DNA of 64,000 nt from Gammaproteobacteria bacterium (GTDB taxonomy: Bacteria; Pseudomonadota; Gammaproteobacteria; Eutrophobiales; Eutrophobiaceae). Each line of letters opens with the position of its first letter. The first letter of the stretch is position 1. The notes under the pieces were generated by a model. That model searched no databases. It was not told where the DNA came from and worked only from the letters and a program-made list of their open reading frames with translations. Positions 58,319 to 64,000 of the stretch are shown one piece after another. The DNA lies in the NCBI GenBank assembly GCA_046757565.1, contig JBHHYN010000003.1:4009-68008 (forward strand), in the 5' to 3' direction. Both the position numbers and the translations under genes were made by a program.

Positions 58319-61234
58319 CTATTGGCATGCATCACAGTCCGGGTCATCGATAGCGCAGGCCTTGGGCTGCGTTGCTGTAAAATTGCGTTGCACGGCGGCA
58401 AGCGTGTTTTCACGGCCACCGCTCAAGGTGCTTTTTTCCACATGGGTCGCGCCCATGCTGCGCAGATAATAGGTGGTCTTCAGTCCGCGGACCCAGGCCA
58501 GTTTGTAAAGATTATCGAGCTTCTTGCCGTCCGGTTCGGACATATACAGGTTCAGTGATTGTGCCTGGTCAATCCATTTTTGCCGGCGCGAAGCGCACTC
58601 GATCAGCCAGCGCGGATCAATCTCGAAAGCGGTTGCATAGAGTTGCTTTAGATCGTCCGGTATACGCTCAATGGGCTGTACACTCCCATCGAAATATTTA
58701 AGGTCATTCACCATAACCTCGTCCCAGAGGCCTCGTGCCTTGAGATCGCGTACCAGGTAAGGGTTTACAATGGTAAATTCACCGGACAGGTTCGATTTGA
58801 CGAACAGATTCTGATAGGTGGGTTCAATCGATTGCGATACCCCGCAAATATTGGAGATGGTAGCGGTTGGCGCGATCGCCATGCAGTTGGAGTTGCGCAG
58901 GCCCGTTTTACGAACCCGTTGCCGCAATGTGTCCCACTCCAGGGTCTGAGTGCGATCCACATCCAGGTAACCGTCACGCTCGGCTTCGAGAATATCGATG
59001 GAGTCAATCGGTAGTTTGCCCTGGCTCCATAAAGAGCCGTTAAAGCTGAGATAGGGGCTCCGCTCCTGTGCCAAGAGAACGGATGCCTGAATAGCGAAGT
59101 AACTGACGGCCTCCATGCTGCTGTCGGCAAACAGGATGGCCTCTTCCGAGGCGTAAGGGAGACGCAGTTGATACAGGGCATCCTGAAAACCCATAATCCC
59201 CAGGCCGACCGGACGGTGACGGAGATTGGAACGGCGCGCCTGGGGCACACTGTAATAGTTGTAATCAATAACATTGTCCAGCATGCGCATGGCCGTGGTA
59301 ATGGTCTGCTCCAGTTTTTCCACGTTCAGGCCGTTTTCATCCACATGCCGGGCCAGGTTGACGGAGCCGAGATTACATACCGCGATTTCCTCATCCGAGG
59401 TATTCAGGGTAATTTCCGTGCACAGGTTGGAGGAGTGTACTACCCCGATGTGCTGTTGCGGCGAGCGCAGGTTACAGGGGTCCTTGAAGGTGATCCATGG
59501 ATGCCCGGTTTCGTACAGCATCGACAGTATCTTGCGCCACAGATCGGTTGCCTTGACGGTTTTGAAGCTTTTAATTTCACCACGGGCCGCCATCTCTTCG
59601 TATTCGATATAACGTTTTACAAATGACTGACCGCTGAGTTCGTGCAAATCGGCTGTCTCAACCGGAGAGAACAAGGACCAGTTATCCTTTTCACTGACCC
59701 GCTTCATGAAGAGATCCGGGATCCAGTTGGCCGTATTCATATCATGGGTGCGGCGCCGGTCATCTCCGGTATTTTTTCTGAGTTCCAGAAACTCCTCGAT
59801 ATCGAGGTGCCAGGTTTCCAGGTAGGCGCACATGGCCCCCTTGCGTTTGCCTCCCTGATTGACCGCAACAGCCGTGTCATTGGCCACCTTCAGGAAGGGG
59901 ACCACACCCTGGGATGTACCATTGGTCCCCTTGATATGGGAACCCATGGCGCGCACCCGGGTCCAGTCATTGCCCAGACCTCCGGCGAACTTGGACAGTA
60001 ATGCATCGTCCCTGATGGCGCTGAAGATGCCGTCGAGATTGTCCGGCACGGTGCTCAGGTAGCAACTGGAAAGCTGCGGCCGGCAGGTGCCGGAATTAAA
60101 CAGGGTCGGTGTGGAACTCATAAAATCGAATGAGGAGAGCAGTTCATAGAATTCGATGGCACGGGCCTCACGTTCCAGTTCATTCATGGCGAGTCCCATG
60201 GCCACCCGCATAAAGAAAGCCTGTGGCAGCTCGAAGCGTGCACCGTGCGAGTGGATAAAATAGCGGTCATAAAGGGTTTGCAGGCCCAGGTAACTAAACT
60301 GGTGATCGCGCTCCACTTTGAGGGCGTTACCCAGCTGCTCCAGATCAAATTTGACCAACTTGTGATCCAGCAGCCCCAGTTCAGCACCGCGTTTGATATA
60401 TTGTTTAAAATAGAACGGGTAACGATCCGCCATCTCGGACTGGGTCAGTTCGATATTTTTTCCCTCTACGAAACTCACGGCCTCGCGCCGCAGGGCGTCC
60501 AGCAACAGGCGCGCGGCGACGTAGCTGTAATTCGGTTCTTTTTCGATGAGGGAACGGGCGCTCATCACCAGCGCCGGATTGACATCCGCCTCATTCACGC
60601 CATCAAACAGGTTACGCAAGGCGTCATCGATGATTAACTGACCGTCAACGGACTCCAGTCCACTGCATGCCTCGTTCACGATAGCGATCAAACGGCCCGT
60701 GTCCAGCGGCGTGACAGAACCATCGGCACGGTTGACATTGATGCCGGGGCCGGTCTCCTCCTGCCCCTGGTGCGTGTTCGACTGCGCCAGCTTTTCGGCG
60801 CGTAACCGGGCCCGCTCCTCACGGTAAATGACATAGGCGCGCGCTACTTTCTGTTCCCCCGCCCGCATCAGCGCAAGCTCGACCTGGTCCTGGATATCCT
60901 CGATATGCACCGAGCCGCCGCCGGGCAGGCGTCTGGTGACTGCATGCACCACCTGTTCTGTCAGTACTGCGACGGTTTCATGAATACGCGTGGACGCTGC
61001 GGCGGCACCCCCTTCCACTTCGAGAAAGGCCTTGGTCATCGCCACCTGGATCTTGCCGGGATCGAACGCCGTGACCTTGTTATTGCGGCGGATGGCCTTG
61101 TAGACACCGGGTTGATGGGCGTTCAGGTCTGCAAGGGAACCTGCCGGCAGGGACACCGCCGCCGTAATCGATTGTACATTCGCGACGGAACCGGTAATGA
61201 CACCCCCCTCAGTGACGGTTTTCTCGACCCCCAT
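58319..61234 (-). CDS. nrdA: Class Ia ribonucleotide reductase alpha subunit with tandem N-terminal ATP-cone domains
   Basis: 971 aa with two ATP-cone-like segments before the catalytic barrel, and catalytic Cys motifs. Confidence 0.9.
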   Translation of the reverse strand: MGVEKTVTEGGVITGSVANVQSITAAVSLPAGSLADLNAHQPGVYKAIRRNNKVTAFDPGKIQVAMTKAFLEVEGGAAAASTRIHETVAVLTEQVVHAVTRRLPGGGSVHIEDIQDQVELALMRAGEQKVARAYVIYREERARLRAEKLAQSNTHQGQEETGPGINVNRADGSVTPLDTGRLIAIVNEACSGLESVDGQLIIDDALRNLFDGVNEADVNPALVMSARSLIEKEPNYSYVAARLLLDALRREAVSFVEGKNIELTQSEMADRYPFYFKQYIKRGAELGLLDHKLVKFDLEQLGNALKVERDHQFSYLGLQTLYDRYFIHSHGARFELPQAFFMRVAMGLAMNELEREARAIEFYELLSSFDFMSSTPTLFNSGTCRPQLSSCYLSTVPDNLDGIFSAIRDDALLSKFAGGLGNDWTRVRAMGSHIKGTNGTSQGVVPFLKVANDTAVAVNQGGKRKGAMCAYLETWHLDIEEFLELRKNTGDDRRRTHDMNTANWIPDLFMKRVSEKDNWSLFSPVETADLHELSGQSFVKRYIEYEEMAARGEIKSFKTVKATDLWRKILSMLYETGHPWITFKDPCNLRSPQQHIGVVHSSNLCTEITLNTSDEEIAVCNLGSVNLARHVDENGLNVEKLEQTITTAMRMLDNVIDYNYYSVPQARRSNLRHRPVGLGIMGFQDALYQLRLPYASEEAILFADSSMEAVSYFAIQASVLLAQERSPYLSFNGSLWSQGKLPIDSIDILEAERDGYLDVDRTQTLEWDTLRQRVRKTGLRNSNCMAIAPTATISNICGVSQSIEPTYQNLFVKSNLSGEFTIVNPYLVRDLKARGLWDEVMVNDLKYFDGSVQPIERIPDDLKQLYATAFEIDPRWLIECASRRQKWIDQAQSLNLYMSEPDGKKLDNLYKLAWVRGLKTTYYLRSMGATHVEKSTLSGGRENTLAAVQRNFTATQPKACAIDDPDCDACQ

Positions 61235-61565
61235 GTACCCCTCCTGCTGCCCGGTGCAACGATTATTCTTATCGTTTCAAAAAGAGCCTTAATAACGTAG
61301 AAACGAGATGAACTTTTTTATGTAAGGTGAATATATAGCACTACCATAGGATGTGGTCAAGTTTTATTTAAACACAATATATTGTGGATTTCACTGTTAT
61401 TTTGTAGGGGATTTCCTGTGGATAAGTTGCGTGCAAAAATGGACAAAAGCGGCTGCTGGGCGTTAAGTCAAGTCTATTCAGTGGCTTATCTCAGTAGCAA
61501 AACAGGGCAGGGGTTGTGGGCATAAAATTTGCCGTTAAATAAACTAATCTTTTTCGGTGCGATAA

Positions 61566-61645
61566 ATTCTTTGGTTCAAAGTTCAGGGTTCAAAGTTCTA
61601 CGTTAAACCCTGAACTTTGAACCCTGAACCATGAACCATGAACCG
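61566..61645. repeat. Palindromic heptad array (GGTTCAA/AGTTCAG units) in the divergent nrdA/lpdA promoter region
   Basis: Seen directly: GGTTCAAAGTTCAGGGTTCAAAGTTC tacgtta AACCCTGAACTTTGAACCCTGAACC ATGAACC ATGAACC. The same unit family occurs at 37838-37895. Confidence 0.85.
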
Positions 61646-61696
61646 GTTTATGGCATAGTATCCCACTACTAAAAACAAATAAGGGACGGTACGTTA

Positions 61697-63424
61697 ATGA
61701 ACAACAGCACAGAGGTTCGGATCCCCAATATCGGTGACTTCAGTGAAGTGGAAGTTATTGAAGTTCTGGTAAGGCCGGGCGACAGCGTTCAACCTGAAGA
61801 TCCATTGCTGACACTGGAGAGTGATAAGGCGGCCATGGATATCCCTTCCCCGGCGCAGGGAGTGGTGAAGGAGATTAACATCAAGGTGGGGGACCGGGTC
61901 TCGGAAGGGGATCTGATCTTGTCTCTGGCGGTGCAGAATCGGCCCGCCACAACAGCAGCAGCGCAGACGAATACCCCGCCACAGCCGGCGTCCACACCTG
62001 GCGTCAATACGGATGCCGATATGCAGGCCGAAGTGGTCGTGCTGGGTTCCGGTCCAGGCGGTTACACGGCGGCCTTCCGCACTGCCGATCTGGGAAAAAA
62101 AACCCTGTTGATTGAGCGTTATCCCTCACTGGGAGGGGTCTGTCTCAACGTCGGCTGTATCCCTTCCAAGGCGCTATTGCATGTGGCCCGTGTCATGGGC
62201 GAGGTCAAGGAGATCGGACAGTTCGGGGTTGAATACGGCAGGCCAAAAATCGATTTAACCCGGTTGCGCAAGTGGAAGAACCAGGTAACCGGCCAGCTCA
62301 CCAGGGGGCTTGCAGGATTAGCCAGGCAACGCAAGGTGACAGTGGTGCAGGGAATCGGGCAGTTCCTGTCCAGCAACCGGATAAGGGTCGATAGCGGGGC
62401 CGGGATGAAGACAATCGCCTTTGAGCAGGCCATCGTCGCCGCCGGTTCCCAGGCGAGCAGGGTGCCTGGATTGCCGCAGGACCCGCGTATTATCGATTCC
62501 ACCAGGGCCCTGGAACTGGAGGAGGTGCCCGGGCGTCTGCTGGTTATCGGCGGCGGCATTATCGGCCTCGAAATGGCTGCTGTCTATTTCCGACTGGGCG
62601 CGAAGATCACGGTCGTTGAAATGCTGGCAGGCCTTGTTACCGGCGCCGATCCGGATCTGGTCAAGCCCTTGCAACGCCAAATCCGGCAGCAATACGAGCA
62701 TATCTATCTCAACACCACAGTTACGGCGATTAAGGCCGCAAAAAAGGGATTAACCGTCACCTTTGAGGGTCCCGGTGCACCACAGAGTGAATCGTTTGAC
62801 CGTGTCCTGGTGGCCGTTGGCAGGCAGCCCAACGGCCATAAAATCGGTGCCGTTGATGCGGGCATAACGGTCGATGAACAGGGGTTTATTCCCGTCGACA
62901 GGCAACAACGCACCAATGTCCCGCATATATTCGCCATTGGCGATATCGTGGGTCCACCCATGCTGGCGCATAAGGCCTCCCATGAAGGCAAAGTGGCTGC
63001 AGAGGCCGCAGCGGGACTCAAAAGCAGCTTTGATGCCCGGGTAATTCCGTCAGTGGCCTATACCGACCCGGAAGTGGCCTGGGTGGGGACAACGGAGACG
63101 GAAGCCAGGGCGCAGGGAGTTGACTACGGCAAGGGTGTCTTTCCCTGGGCTGCCAGCGGCCGTTCGTTAAGCCTGGGGCGTAAGGAAGGCATGACCAAAC
63201 TGCTGTTTGATAAAGAGTCTAACCGTGTTATCGGCGCAGGTATCGTTGGCCCGAATGCGGGGGATCTGATTGCTGAAGCCACCCTGGCCATTGAGATGGG
63301 TTGTGATGCGGAAGATATCGGGCTGACAATCCATCCGCACCCGACCCTGTCGGAGACGATTGCCTTTTCTGCGGAGGCCTTTGCCGGAACAATAACGGAC
63401 CTTTATATGCCGGCCGGCGAATAA
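61697..63424 (+). CDS. lpdA: Dihydrolipoyl dehydrogenase (E3) with an N-terminal lipoyl domain
   Basis: Lipoyl attachment motif LESDKAAMDIPSP, then FAD (GSGPGGY), redox disulfide GGVCLNVGCIPSK, NAD and dimerisation domains. Confidence 0.9.
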   Translation: MNNSTEVRIPNIGDFSEVEVIEVLVRPGDSVQPEDPLLTLESDKAAMDIPSPAQGVVKEINIKVGDRVSEGDLILSLAVQNRPATTAAAQTNTPPQPASTPGVNTDADMQAEVVVLGSGPGGYTAAFRTADLGKKTLLIERYPSLGGVCLNVGCIPSKALLHVARVMGEVKEIGQFGVEYGRPKIDLTRLRKWKNQVTGQLTRGLAGLARQRKVTVVQGIGQFLSSNRIRVDSGAGMKTIAFEQAIVAAGSQASRVPGLPQDPRIIDSTRALELEEVPGRLLVIGGGIIGLEMAAVYFRLGAKITVVEMLAGLVTGADPDLVKPLQRQIRQQYEHIYLNTTVTAIKAAKKGLTVTFEGPGAPQSESFDRVLVAVGRQPNGHKIGAVDAGITVDEQGFIPVDRQQRTNVPHIFAIGDIVGPPMLAHKASHEGKVAAEAAAGLKSSFDARVIPSVAYTDPEVAWVGTTETEARAQGVDYGKGVFPWAASGRSLSLGRKEGMTKLLFDKESNRVIGAGIVGPNAGDLIAEATLAIEMGCDAEDIGLTIHPHPTLSETIAFSAEAFAGTITDLYMPAGE

Positions 63425-63462
63425 TTTCTAAGCCTCTGCCATAATTCTGGCCTTCACCAACC

Positions 63463-64000
63463 ATGAAAAATAAAACACGTCCCATAGAAGACGGCGAGTA
63501 TATTCATTCCCTTGCCCGTGGTTTGTCCGTGCTGCGGACGTTTACCCGGCAGCGGCCGGAAATGACACTCAGTGAGGTGGCCGCGGCTGCCGATTTAAGC
63601 CCGGCGGTAGCGCGTCGCTGTCTTAATACCCTGGAGCACCTGGGCTATGTCGGCAGGAAGGGCAAGCTGTTTTTGCTGCGTCCGGAAGTGATGGTATTTG
63701 CCTCTGCTTATCTGGGATCCATGAATGTCGAGGAAGTGGTACGGCCTTACCTGCAAAACGTCCGGGACAGGACGGGGGACAGCTCTTCGTTGGCGGTGTT
63801 ATTCCATAGCGATATCCTCTATCTGGTCCATGTTTCAACCAGGCGAATGATTCGCCTGGACGCCGGCGTCGGCACGCAATTCCCCGTATTCGCCACATCG
63901 CTCGGCAGGATTCTCATGGCTTATCAGCACAGGGATGTGATTGAGAATTATCTGCATACCACCGAATTCAAGGCGCTCACCGATAAGACGGAGACATCCG
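63463..64000 (+). CDS. IclR-family transcriptional regulator, 5' portion (continues beyond the window)
   Basis: Frame translated by hand: MKNKTRPIEDGEYIHSLARGLSVLRTF...LSEVAAAADLSPAVARRCLNTLEHLGYV (HTH), followed by an IclR effector domain. No stop before the window end. Confidence 0.7.
   Translation, partial: MKNKTRPIEDGEYIHSLARGLSVLRTFTRQRPEMTLSEVAAAADLSPAVARRCLNTLEHLGYVGRKGKLFLLRPEVMVFASAYLGSMNVEEVVRPYLQNVRDRTGDSSSLAVLFHSDILYLVHVSTRRMIRLDAGVGTQFPVFATSLGRILMAYQHRDVIENYLHTTEFKALTDKTETS

Overview
This 64 kb window reads as a gammaproteobacterial chromosome segment at about 55% GC, densely coding, with no CRISPR array and no classic defence island. Housekeeping genes take up the first part of the window and its final 9 kb. 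In the first part these are the 3' end of a vWA (YfbK-like) gene, an ECF sigma/anti-sigma pair, metA, rimO, an SDR, a PEBP, a BASS transporter, ygfA, the rpsP-rimM-trmD-rplS operon, ogt, xerD, dsbC, and hldE-hldD-waaA for LPS core. At the end they are an MCP, nrdAB, an lpdA carrying an N-terminal lipoyl domain, and a partial IclR regulator. The middle (about 24-55 kb) is a one-carbon (methylotrophy) oxidation region. It holds a lanthanide-type PQQ methanol dehydrogenase XoxF (DYD signature) followed by a pseudoazurin, XoxJ and an unknown periplasmic protein. It holds an NAD-type formate dehydrogenase made of a fused FdsG-FdsB plus FdsA. It holds two paralogous formylmethanofuran clusters. Cluster 1 is fhcB-fhcA-fhcD-fhcC with no FwdD. 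Cluster 2 is fwdD-fwdB-fwdA-ftr-fwdC, and it retains the VCHGPS cysteine that ligates Mo/W in FwdB. Between the two clusters sit a 7Fe ferredoxin gene and an FprA-type ferredoxin-NADP reductase gene. It ends with an H4MPT/MFR cofactor and C1-transfer island: beta-RFAP synthase, mtdB-like, mch, CitG-like, fae, HisA-like, ATP-grasp, hydantoinase-like, pabB and an amino-acid-kinase protein. The most notable candidates are (i) what looks like a genuine ferredoxin-linked formyl-MFR dehydrogenase module next to the Fhc complex, (ii) an xoxF locus with a cupredoxin in the place where the cytochrome cL gene (xoxG) usually sits, (iii) an orphan GspE/MshE-family ATPase inserted into the conserved xerD-dsbC junction, and (iv) several unannotated repeat and structured elements. 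Those elements are a MITE-like element upstream of ygfA, a GAAAGTG heptamer array, GGTTCAG-type palindromic heptad arrays, and two roughly 100-nt direct repeats downstream of nrdB. All calls come from reading the sequence and from family knowledge; no database search was possible.
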